Virus record (IMG/VR): IMGVR_UViG_3300030019_000018
Length of the DNA: 64,000 nt
Direction: 5' to 3' (one strand)
Origin: an uncultured virus (IMG/VR IMGVR_UViG_3300030019_000018)
Lineage: Duplodnaviria; Heunggongvirae; Uroviricota; Caudoviricetes; Crassvirales
A program made the position numbers and the translations under genes. The notes below the pieces were generated by a model. The model was not told the DNA's origin. It was given only the letters and a program-made list of their open reading frames with translations, and ran no database searches. Shown one piece after another: positions 48,651-56,911 of this stretch (position 1 is the first letter of the stretch; the number at the start of each line of letters is the position of its first letter).

Positions 48651-49109
48651 ATGAAAAAAAAATGTAAAAACTTTTTTGATGAATTAAGATACTATTTTGA
48701 AAATACACCAAAAAAAGAAATTTTAATTGCTTGGAAAAAGGCTTCTAAATGGAATGATGTAGGTCCTACATGTGATGAATATTTTAAACAAAATAAATTT
48801 ATGAAAGAAACAATAGAGAAATGTAAAATTTTAAAAGAAGGAGAATCAATAATTACACCATTATATTCTATTTTTAAAGTGTGGAATGGGTGGATATTTA
48901 CTAAAAGACTTACTATATATTCAGATGTACATACATACACAAGTATATTTACAGATGATTTATCAGCACTAAACATGTGGTTATTTACTTATAATCCTTT
49001 AAATAAGATATTAGAAGATACAAAAGATATAAATAAGTGTATAAGAAATAAAGAAGATTTACAAGAGGTATTAAAAAAGAAAAATATTAAATTATCTTCA
49101 CCTATTTAA
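48651..49109 (+). CDS. Hypothetical protein
   Basis: 152-aa ORF. Confidence 0.55.
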   Translation: MKKKCKNFFDELRYYFENTPKKEILIAWKKASKWNDVGPTCDEYFKQNKFMKETIEKCKILKEGESIITPLYSIFKVWNGWIFTKRLTIYSDVHTYTSIFTDDLSALNMWLFTYNPLNKILEDTKDINKCIRNKEDLQEVLKKKNIKLSSPI

Positions 49110-49120
49110 AACATTAAAAC

Positions 49121-49408
49121 ATGTGTAAATATAAATTAAAAATAAAAGATAATAAGAATGAATATAATTCTTCTATAGTATCTTTGTATTACAAATATCC
49201 TATTAAAATACTAGGGTTTACATTTCATAAGTATTTATATTTGTCAGAAGCAATTGTTAGAGCATGTAATAATCAATTAAAAGTACAATCAAAAGAAACT
49301 TTATTAGTGCATTTAAAATATAAATTTTTAACTTCTAAACAAAATAGAAGAGAAAAAGTGTTAAAAATAAGAAATTATAATAGATTTATTAAAAGTTTAA
49401 AATTATGA
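49121..49408 (+). CDS. Hypothetical protein
   Basis: 95 aa; ATGA overlap with the next gene. Confidence 0.5.
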   Translation: MCKYKLKIKDNKNEYNSSIVSLYYKYPIKILGFTFHKYLYLSEAIVRACNNQLKVQSKETLLVHLKYKFLTSKQNRREKVLKIRNYNRFIKSLKL

Positions 49409-49731
49409 AAAAATTAATTATTTCATTTATATTTATAACATTATTATTGAATTTAAAAGCACAATCTTTTAAGATTAATTCTTCTAATAGATGGAATAAT
49501 CAAATTACATATATTACTATAAATAATGATAGTATCATAACTTTAAAAAGTAATAATAATACTATAATACTAACAGTACTTAACTATTGGGAGAGTGAAA
49601 ATGCTGTTAGTTATGATGTTGTAGATTTTAAAAATCATTTTTACTCTTTTAAATTATTGTCAGAGAATAATATTTACAAATTAATAGTAGATAAAAATAA
49701 CATTTATAAACTAGAAATAATTAAATTATAA
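49405..49731 (+). CDS. Secreted hypothetical protein
   Basis: Signal peptide ending LKA|Q (Gln at +1, common in Bacteroidota). Confidence 0.55.
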   Translation: MKKLIISFIFITLLLNLKAQSFKINSSNRWNNQITYITINNDSIITLKSNNNTIILTVLNYWESENAVSYDVVDFKNHFYSFKLLSENNIYKLIVDKNNIYKLEIIKL

Positions 49732-49732
49732 T

Positions 49733-50179
49733 ATGGCATGGATAAAGAATTTAGCAAATATAGAAGATTTAGTATTACCTAAAAAAGAAAATGGTACTTT
49801 ATATTTTAATAGTTTAGATTATTATGAAAGAGTTTGTTATAAACTTAGAAATGATAATCTAGTAGAATATAATAAATATCAGTTTATCCTATTCAATACA
49901 ATAAAAAGATATATAGGAAAACCTTATGATAAAGCATTTAGGAACTATTGCAAATTAGTACCAATATATAGACAAAAGGATTTTATTGAAGAGTTTAGAA
50001 ATCCTGTATATCATATTGCTACTTATGATTGGAATGATTATATTATAGATGATAAAGGTTTAATACAGTGTAATCAAAATAGATATATACCATATAATGG
50101 AGGTAAGTTTAAAGGTCAGAATGCTTTACATAAGCAAAAGATACATAAATACAATAAGAATAAAAAAGAAGAATTATAA
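49733..50179 (+). CDS. Hypothetical protein (frame stays open for 46 codons past the TAA, to 50320)
   Basis: 148-aa ORF; possible premature stop. Confidence 0.55.
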   Translation: MAWIKNLANIEDLVLPKKENGTLYFNSLDYYERVCYKLRNDNLVEYNKYQFILFNTIKRYIGKPYDKAFRNYCKLVPIYRQKDFIEEFRNPVYHIATYDWNDYIIDDKGLIQCNQNRYIPYNGGKFKGQNALHKQKIHKYNKNKKEEL

Positions 50180-50331
50180 AGTAAAAGACAGGCAGCTGAT
50201 ATAGTATTAAAAGTAAAAAAAGGTTGTATGTCTTATAATGAAAGATTAAAGTGGTTAGAAGATTTATTACATATTATGGAAAGTAAATCTTTAAAGGAGT
50301 TTATAAATTCAAATATTTAAATAAAAAAAAA

Positions 50332-50827
50332 ATGGAAAAACATGTAATAGTACCATGTATTGTGTATAATAAGGAATTAATACCTATATGGGATGATAGA
50401 ATAGAATTTAATGAATGTGAAGACTATGGTAAATATATTACTATTAAAGATGTAAATGAGGAATTTTTTAATTTTACAAACTGTATATATGATTTGAAAT
50501 CAAAAACACTATCTGCAGGAATAACTATAGATGTTTATCCTAAAAAAAGAAAATTTAGAGTATGAAAAAGGTGATATAGTATATCATGAAGAATCTTACA
50601 GGAATTTAAAAGAAACCTTAATTTCAGATATAATATTTGAAGATTTTGATTTTAGTGTAATAGGAGGAAAATCTTTAGGCAAATATGAGAAAAAAATAGC
50701 TTTAGATTCTGGTATTAATATACTAGATACTGGTATATATAATGTAAAGTATTGGAGGCCTGTTTATGTTCTTATAGATGGAACTAAAGTGGGCAGTGAG
50801 TATAAATTATATAAAAAATTAAAATAA
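50332..50827 (+). pseudogene. Gene split by a frameshift at an A7 run (ORFs 50332-50565 and 50531-50827)
   Basis: Removing one A at 50542-50548 gives a continuous ...DVYPKKENLEYEKGDIVY.... Confidence 0.5.
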
Positions 50828-50830
50828 ATT

Positions 50831-51418
50831 ATGATTGCACAATTATTATTATTAATAGTTTTAACAGCTATACTATATGGGATTATAGACAACATTGTTA
50901 GAACTAAATTATATAAACAAATTGGTTTATATTCAGGTATATTTAGTATAATAATTATATTTGTAATGATAGCAGGAGTAATAACACTTTCTAATACTAA
51001 AAAAGAAGAGAAAATTGTTATTAATACTTCTTCTGTAGTTATTAAAGATACTATAAATAGACAAGCTTGTTGGGAATATATAATTAAATCTAATATATCA
51101 CATCCTAAAGTAGTTTTAGCTCAAGCTATAGAAGAAAGTAAATTTGAGTCTGCTGTTTTTAAACAATATCATAATTTATTTGGTATGAAGAAATCTTATC
51201 AAAGAGTTTCTATTGTATCAACTAAAGATATTGGACAATATAAATATTATGATGATTGGATGCAGAGTATTAATGATTACGCTTTATGGCAATTGCAACA
51301 AGATATAGATAATATGGATGATTTACAGTACATAGATTTTTTAGCTAATAAATATGCTGAAAATCCTAAGTACAAACAAAATCTTATTAAAATTTATAAT
51401 ACTATAAAGTATGACTAG
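50831..51418 (+). CDS. Membrane-anchored glucosaminidase/muramidase (GH73-like)
   Basis: Two N-terminal TM segments; 'AQAIEES...NLFGMK...YDDW...YAENPKY'. Confidence 0.75.
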   Translation: MIAQLLLLIVLTAILYGIIDNIVRTKLYKQIGLYSGIFSIIIIFVMIAGVITLSNTKKEEKIVINTSSVVIKDTINRQACWEYIIKSNISHPKVVLAQAIEESKFESAVFKQYHNLFGMKKSYQRVSIVSTKDIGQYKYYDDWMQSINDYALWQLQQDIDNMDDLQYIDFLANKYAENPKYKQNLIKIYNTIKYD

Positions 51419-51782
51419 AAAAGAATATAAAGAACTTTTACCCTTTATACAAGCTTTTGCATAAGGTAAGATTATACAATGGCATAATATATATGAAGAT
51501 AAATGGATAGATGTAGGTGATAATCCAATTTTTGCTGATAGTATTAAAGAAAGAGAATGTAGAATAAAACCAGAACTTAAATTAGTTCCATTTACTTATT
51601 AAGATAAAAATTTATTAAAAGGTAAATGGGTAAAAGATATAAATAATGATGGATGTTATCAAATTATTGGCTTTAATAAAGATTCTGCAATGTTTAATCA
51701 TCATTGGTCTACTTATCAATCTATGTTCGATTAGTATGTATTTGAAGATGGTTCACCTTGTGGAAAACATATTGAGAAATAA
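51411..51782 (+). pseudogene. Phage hypothetical gene with three in-frame stops
   Basis: MTRKEYKELLPFIQAFA*GKIIQ...RIKPELKLVPFTY*DK...MFD*YVFEDGSPCGK; stops at 51462, 51600 and 51732; start and end coupled to the neighbours. Confidence 0.75.
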
Positions 51783-52219
51783 TGAAAGTTAAATTAATTA
51801 TTTTATCTTTATTATTGTCAATAAATTCTTATGCTGTAACATACAATTTAGATAATGGAATGAGTCAATTTGAGTCCACAATGGATAATTATTTTAATAA
51901 TAAATATTGGATAACAGATTGGAATTCATTTCAGTATACTGCATGGGATTTTACAGATTATACAAATGTAGGACAAGTAAATAACCTATTTAATTCTTCT
52001 GAATATAATAGTTTATTTATACAATTAAATATAGCTAAATCAAATAGTACTTTAACAGATGCTATGAAAGCTAATTTCTATCAACAAATAGAAGAAGGTA
52101 TTACACAATTAAATTTATATAGTAATGAATCAGTTCCTTTAGAATTTGATTTTTTATCTATGAGTTTATTTTGTATATTTATTCTATTTATAAAAATATA
52201 TTTATATAAAAGCAAATGA
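51782..52219 (+). CDS. Exported protein with C-terminal VPL-TM-basic anchor
   Basis: Signal peptide ...SYA|; C-terminal 'VPLEFDFLSMSLFCIFILFIKIYLYKSK'. Confidence 0.6.
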   Translation: MKVKLIILSLLLSINSYAVTYNLDNGMSQFESTMDNYFNNKYWITDWNSFQYTAWDFTDYTNVGQVNNLFNSSEYNSLFIQLNIAKSNSTLTDAMKANFYQQIEEGITQLNLYSNESVPLEFDFLSMSLFCIFILFIKIYLYKSK

Positions 52220-52226
52220 AAAAAAT

Positions 52227-52727
52227 ATGAAAGAACAAAAAGAAATTAAAATTAATATTCCTGAAGGGTATGAAATAGATAAAGAAAATTCATCTTTTGA
52301 AGTAATTAAATTTAAAAAGGTTGAGAAAGAACTCCCAAAAAGATGGGAAGATATTGATGTTGAAACTTTTTCTAATAAATTTTTTATTAATTCAGATTGT
52401 GATATTAAACAATTTGGAAATATTGGAAAATTTATATTTGATCAAGGGGATAATATATTAAAAAATGTTGTTCCAACAAGAGAATTAGCAGAAGCAATAC
52501 TAGCGTTATCTCAGTTATTAATGTTAAGAGATATTTATAATGATGGATGGACTCCTGATTGGAAAGATGCTACTATAAAATATGTTATTTTTTCAAACTC
52601 AGATTGTATTTATTCAGTTACAAACTATAATTATAGTAGAACTTTAGCTTTTAAATCTGAAATACTTAGAGATGAATTTTTAAATAATTTTAAAGATTTA
52701 ATAGAAATAGCAAAACCATTGTTATAA
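52227..52727 (+). CDS. Hypothetical phage protein
   Basis: 'IPEGYEIDKENS...LPKRWE...WTPDW...LAFKS...FL'. Confidence 0.65.
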   Translation: MKEQKEIKINIPEGYEIDKENSSFEVIKFKKVEKELPKRWEDIDVETFSNKFFINSDCDIKQFGNIGKFIFDQGDNILKNVVPTRELAEAILALSQLLMLRDIYNDGWTPDWKDATIKYVIFSNSDCIYSVTNYNYSRTLAFKSEILRDEFLNNFKDLIEIAKPLL

Positions 52728-53041
52728 TGGTAGGTCTTGATAAAATTTATGTAAATTCTTATAAAGAGTTTAAAGAATTTTATGGTTGGTGTGTAAAATA
52801 TAAAGAGGAATGTTTAAAAGAAACAGAAATGAATCTTTTACATTCTTTTTATTTTATACCTAATGATATAGAAGAATCTAAAGGTTATTATAGTGAGAAT
52901 TTAGCTGTTACTAATACTAATAGAACCATAGATAGATGGTTATATTTGCATTGTCCTATTGATACAATAAGAGAACATGTAGAATATATAGAATCTGATT
53001 ATGGTAAAAAAATAAAAAAACAAATTAAAATTTATATGTAA
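52727..53041 (+). CDS. Hypothetical protein
   Basis: 104 aa, coupled by TAATG overlaps. Confidence 0.6.
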   Translation: MVGLDKIYVNSYKEFKEFYGWCVKYKEECLKETEMNLLHSFYFIPNDIEESKGYYSENLAVTNTNRTIDRWLYLHCPIDTIREHVEYIESDYGKKIKKQIKIYM

Positions 53042-54177
53042 TGTCAGAAAGAAAATTAGCCCATATAGAAAAAATAACTGGGATAAGCCCTATTGAAAAA
53101 GCTGATAAATTAGAACTAGTAGTAGTACTAGGATGGCAATGTGTAGTACAAAAAAATGAATTTAAAGTAGGTGATTTAGTAGTTTATTGTGAGGTAGATT
53201 CTATATTACCAGAAAGACCAGAATTTGAATTTACAAGAAAATATAATTTTAGAATTAAAACTCAAAAATTAAGAGGTGTAATATCTCAAGGTTTAATATT
53301 ACCTTTAACTATATTACCTAATAATGATAGACCTATGAAATGGGGTTATATTGAAGGTGGAGATGTTACTTCAATATTAGGAATTACTAAATATTTAAGT
53401 CCTTCAGAAAAACTTGAAGCTTTAGAAGAAGCAGCTACAATTAATAATGAAAAGAATAAATTAAAGAAGTTTTTACTAAGATATAATTTCTTTAGAAGAT
53501 TATTTTTATCTAAAAAACAAAAAAATTCATTTCCTTATTGGGTAGTAAAAACTGATGAAGAAAGGATTCAAAATATCCCATATGTAATAGAGCAATTCAA
53601 AGATAAAGAAGTATATATCACTGAAAAAATAGATTATCAATCTTCTAGTTTTACAGGTAAAATGATTTCTAATACTTTTCCTATAATTGGTAAATTTTTA
53701 GCTAAAAAGTTTAAATTTATTGTATGTAGTAGAAATTTAGTAAATAATAGTAAAGATAGTTTATATGGACAAATTGCTATTAAATATAATTTAGAGAGCA
53801 TACTTAGAAAAAATCCTACTTTGGTTATACAAGGAGAACAAGGTAATGGTAAAGTGCAAGGTAATAAATATGAATTAAAAGAACCCAAAATGTGGGTATT
53901 TAATATTATAGATTATAAACAAAATTATCATTTTAATAGGCAAGAAATGGAAAGATTTTGTAAAGATAATAAACTAGATATTGTACCTTTAATTAAAACT
54001 TGTAAATTATCTGATATTGGTTCTACAGTAGAAGATTTTGTTAATTTTAGTAAAGGTAATTCTGTAATAAAAACAGATATTAAAAGAGAAGGAGTTGTAA
54101 TTAGATGTATTGAGGGAGGTAAAAAAGTACTATCTTTTAAAGTAATTAATCCTGATTTTTTATTAAAGTATGACTAG
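53041..54177 (+). CDS. RNA ligase, DRB0094/Rnl2-like, with N-terminal OB module
   Basis: 'ERKLAHI...ADKLE...GWQCVV...LRGVISQGL'; 'KTDEERIQN'; motif I EKID; QGE; REGVVIR; SFKVIN. Confidence 0.85.
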   Translation: MSERKLAHIEKITGISPIEKADKLELVVVLGWQCVVQKNEFKVGDLVVYCEVDSILPERPEFEFTRKYNFRIKTQKLRGVISQGLILPLTILPNNDRPMKWGYIEGGDVTSILGITKYLSPSEKLEALEEAATINNEKNKLKKFLLRYNFFRRLFLSKKQKNSFPYWVVKTDEERIQNIPYVIEQFKDKEVYITEKIDYQSSSFTGKMISNTFPIIGKFLAKKFKFIVCSRNLVNNSKDSLYGQIAIKYNLESILRKNPTLVIQGEQGNGKVQGNKYELKEPKMWVFNIIDYKQNYHFNRQEMERFCKDNKLDIVPLIKTCKLSDIGSTVEDFVNFSKGNSVIKTDIKREGVVIRCIEGGKKVLSFKVINPDFLLKYD

Positions 54178-55375
54178 AGAGGAAATTCAAAAAATTCCTT
54201 TAGATTTAATTAAAACTTCAAATAATATATTACTAGAGTGGTGTACAGGACTTGGTAAGTCTTTGGCAGCTATTAAAGTACAAGAATTTATAAAAGCTAC
54301 TAACACTATATTAATAGTATCTGAAACAGCACATATTAAGAATTGGCAAGATGAATATAAGAAGCATAACAAAAATAATCTATTAGAATCTACTAATATT
54401 TTCTGTTATGCTTCTTTAAAAAAGAATGTTAATTTAGAATGTGATTTATTAATTTTAGATGAAGTACATAATTCTACATCAGATTTAAGATTAGATTGTT
54501 TAAGTACTATAAAAGCTAAAAAAGTAGTTATGCTAAGTGCTACTGTGGATAAAGAAACCTTAACTATTTTAGGTAATATTTTTACAAAGTTAATTAAACA
54601 TAAAGTTACTACTAAACAAGCTATTGAATGGGGTATTTTACCCAATCCAATTTATTATTTAATACCTTTAGAGTTAAATAAAAAAGATGTTAATACTTCT
54701 TTTGTGGTAAGTAGGGGATTGAAAAATAAAAGAGTTAAAATTAATTCTACATATAAAGATATGTGGACAATTTTAAAAAATAAATCTTATAAAGATTTAG
54801 AATTAACAGTATCATGTACAGAAGTAGAAAAAAACAATTATATTAATTCTCAAATGGATTATTATAAAAGAATGTATATGAGTACTAGGAATGAATTCTT
54901 AATGACTAAATGGTTAAGAATAGGTTCAGAAAGAAAGAAATTTTTAGGGGAAAGTAAAACTAATAAACTAAAACAACTATTATCTTCAGGATGGTGTAAA
55001 GATAAAAGATATATATGTTTTTGTTCTAATATAGAGCAAGCTAATATTTTAGGTAATGATAGTACTTCTATTAACTCTAAAAAAGTATCTAAACATAATA
55101 CTTCTATAATAGATAACTTTAATACTGGTAAAATAGATAATATATTTACTGTAGGAATGTTACAAGAAGGACAAAACCTTAATAATATAGATGCTTGTAT
55201 ATTAGTACAATTAGATAGTGGAATAAGACCATTTATACAGAAGAGTGGAAGAGCTTTTAGAAGTAAAAAACCTATAATATATATATTTTATTACAAAGAC
55301 ACACATGATGAAGTTATAATAAAAAAGATATTAGAAGAAGTTGATGAAAATAACATTAAAATATTAAAATTATGA
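54170..55375 (+). CDS. SF2 (DExH) helicase
   Basis: TGLGKS, LDEVH, LSAT, QKSGRAFR. Confidence 0.85.
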   Translation: MTREEIQKIPLDLIKTSNNILLEWCTGLGKSLAAIKVQEFIKATNTILIVSETAHIKNWQDEYKKHNKNNLLESTNIFCYASLKKNVNLECDLLILDEVHNSTSDLRLDCLSTIKAKKVVMLSATVDKETLTILGNIFTKLIKHKVTTKQAIEWGILPNPIYYLIPLELNKKDVNTSFVVSRGLKNKRVKINSTYKDMWTILKNKSYKDLELTVSCTEVEKNNYINSQMDYYKRMYMSTRNEFLMTKWLRIGSERKKFLGESKTNKLKQLLSSGWCKDKRYICFCSNIEQANILGNDSTSINSKKVSKHNTSIIDNFNTGKIDNIFTVGMLQEGQNLNNIDACILVQLDSGIRPFIQKSGRAFRSKKPIIYIFYYKDTHDEVIIKKILEEVDENNIKILKL

Positions 55376-55845
55376 ATACCTCATATGAAAGAACTAGTAC
55401 AGGAACTCAAGAATGGTTAACTCCTCCTTATATATTAAAAGAATTAGGTGAATTTGATTTAGATCCTTGTTCTCCAATAAATAGACCTTATGATACCGCT
55501 AAAAATCACTATAATATTAATGATAATGGTTTAATATTAAATTGGTATGGAAGAGTATTTTGTAATCCTCCTTATAATGATCTAAATACTTGGTTAGAAA
55601 AATGTTCTAAATATAAAAACTGTATAGCATTAATATTTGCAAGAACTGATACTAAAGCTTTCCATAATTATATATTCAATAGTGCTGATGCACTATTTTT
55701 TATAGAAGGGAGATTAAGTTTTTATCATGCAGATGGAAAAAAAGGAGGAACTGCTGGAGCACCTAGTGTATTAATATCCTATAATAAAGAGAATAGTATA
55801 GTATTAGAAAAGTGTAATTTAAAAGGAAAATATATAAAATTATGA
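55372..55845 (+). CDS. Phage DNA N6-adenine methyltransferase
   Basis: 'EWLTP', 'FDLDPC', 'FCNPPY', 'ARTDT', 'GRLSF'. Confidence 0.85.
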   Translation: MNTSYERTSTGTQEWLTPPYILKELGEFDLDPCSPINRPYDTAKNHYNINDNGLILNWYGRVFCNPPYNDLNTWLEKCSKYKNCIALIFARTDTKAFHNYIFNSADALFFIEGRLSFYHADGKKGGTAGAPSVLISYNKENSIVLEKCNLKGKYIKL

Positions 55846-56327
55846 CAGAATATAAAGGGCAATTACAAGGATTTCCTAAAGAAATTATAAATAAAATGTT
55901 AGAGTGCCAAGTACAACAAGGTAATGAAAAAGATGCTCAGATTTTTGAAGTATATTTAGAGGCAGATAAGAGTCAAAAAGGATTCACCTGGTATACTACT
56001 GTAGAAGGAGAGAATTTTTGGAGGGGGGTAATAAAGCATAAAAACTTTAATTTATTTTTTGAGAAATATCCAAAATATCCTAAAGTAATGTGGGTTAGTG
56101 ACTATTCTGAGGTTTTAAAAATAAATAAAAGAGTTGTATTTATGGAAAAGAACAATAAATACATTGCTTGGGATAGCGCAGAAACATTAGAAGAAGCTAA
56201 ACTTATAACTAATACGTGTATTTGGAGTTATGCAGAAGATATTGAAGAAGAAGTTTTAGAATTAACTATAGATCAAATAGCTGAAAAGTTCAATGTAGAT
56301 TCTAAACTAGTTAAAATAGTAAAATGA
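55842..56327 (+). CDS. Hypothetical protein
   Basis: 161 aa; N-terminal domain paralogous to the C-terminal part of the ORF at 46911; C-terminal 'ELTIDQIAEKF'. Confidence 0.65.
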   Translation: MTEYKGQLQGFPKEIINKMLECQVQQGNEKDAQIFEVYLEADKSQKGFTWYTTVEGENFWRGVIKHKNFNLFFEKYPKYPKVMWVSDYSEVLKINKRVVFMEKNNKYIAWDSAETLEEAKLITNTCIWSYAEDIEEEVLELTIDQIAEKFNVDSKLVKIVK

Positions 56328-56911
56328 GTTCTATAAACATTAGTAAAGAAGCTTTAAATAAACATAAAACTAAAATTGCTAATTTATTTCTTCTATTTGC
56401 TATTAATTATAAAATTGATTTAAAGGCTTCTATTCAATTTCTTCTTACTGAAGGATTAGTTGGAGAATGTATGAATGAAGGTAAATATAATGGAAACTAT
56501 TTTATTACTGATAAAGGAGTAGAAAAGTTAAATCAAATTATATTTGATTCTACAGCAAATATTCCAGATAATTCTATATTAGAAAAACTTGCTGAAGATA
56601 TGCAAAATCTTTATCCTAAAGGTAAAAAGAATGGAACCAATTTATATTGGAGAGGTAGTAAAAAAGAAATTGTAATAAAATTACAAGGATTTTATAAAAG
56701 ATATGGAGATCAGTTTAATACTAACCAAATATTAGAAGCTACTAAATTTTATATAGAATCTTTTAATGGTAATTATCAATATATGCAACTTCTTAAATAT
56801 TTTATATGGAAGATAAAAGGAGTGGATGAGGTAGTTAGTGAATTAGCTTCATATATTGAAAATAATGGATCAGAAAATATTAATAACGAATGGACAACTA
56901 ATTTAAAATAA
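56324..56911 (+). CDS. Hypothetical protein, possible replication-associated HTH protein
   Basis: 195 aa; 'YPKGKK...YWRG...YMQLLKYFIWK'. Confidence 0.55.
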   Translation: MSSINISKEALNKHKTKIANLFLLFAINYKIDLKASIQFLLTEGLVGECMNEGKYNGNYFITDKGVEKLNQIIFDSTANIPDNSILEKLAEDMQNLYPKGKKNGTNLYWRGSKKEIVIKLQGFYKRYGDQFNTNQILEATKFYIESFNGNYQYMQLLKYFIWKIKGVDEVVSELASYIENNGSENINNEWTTNLK

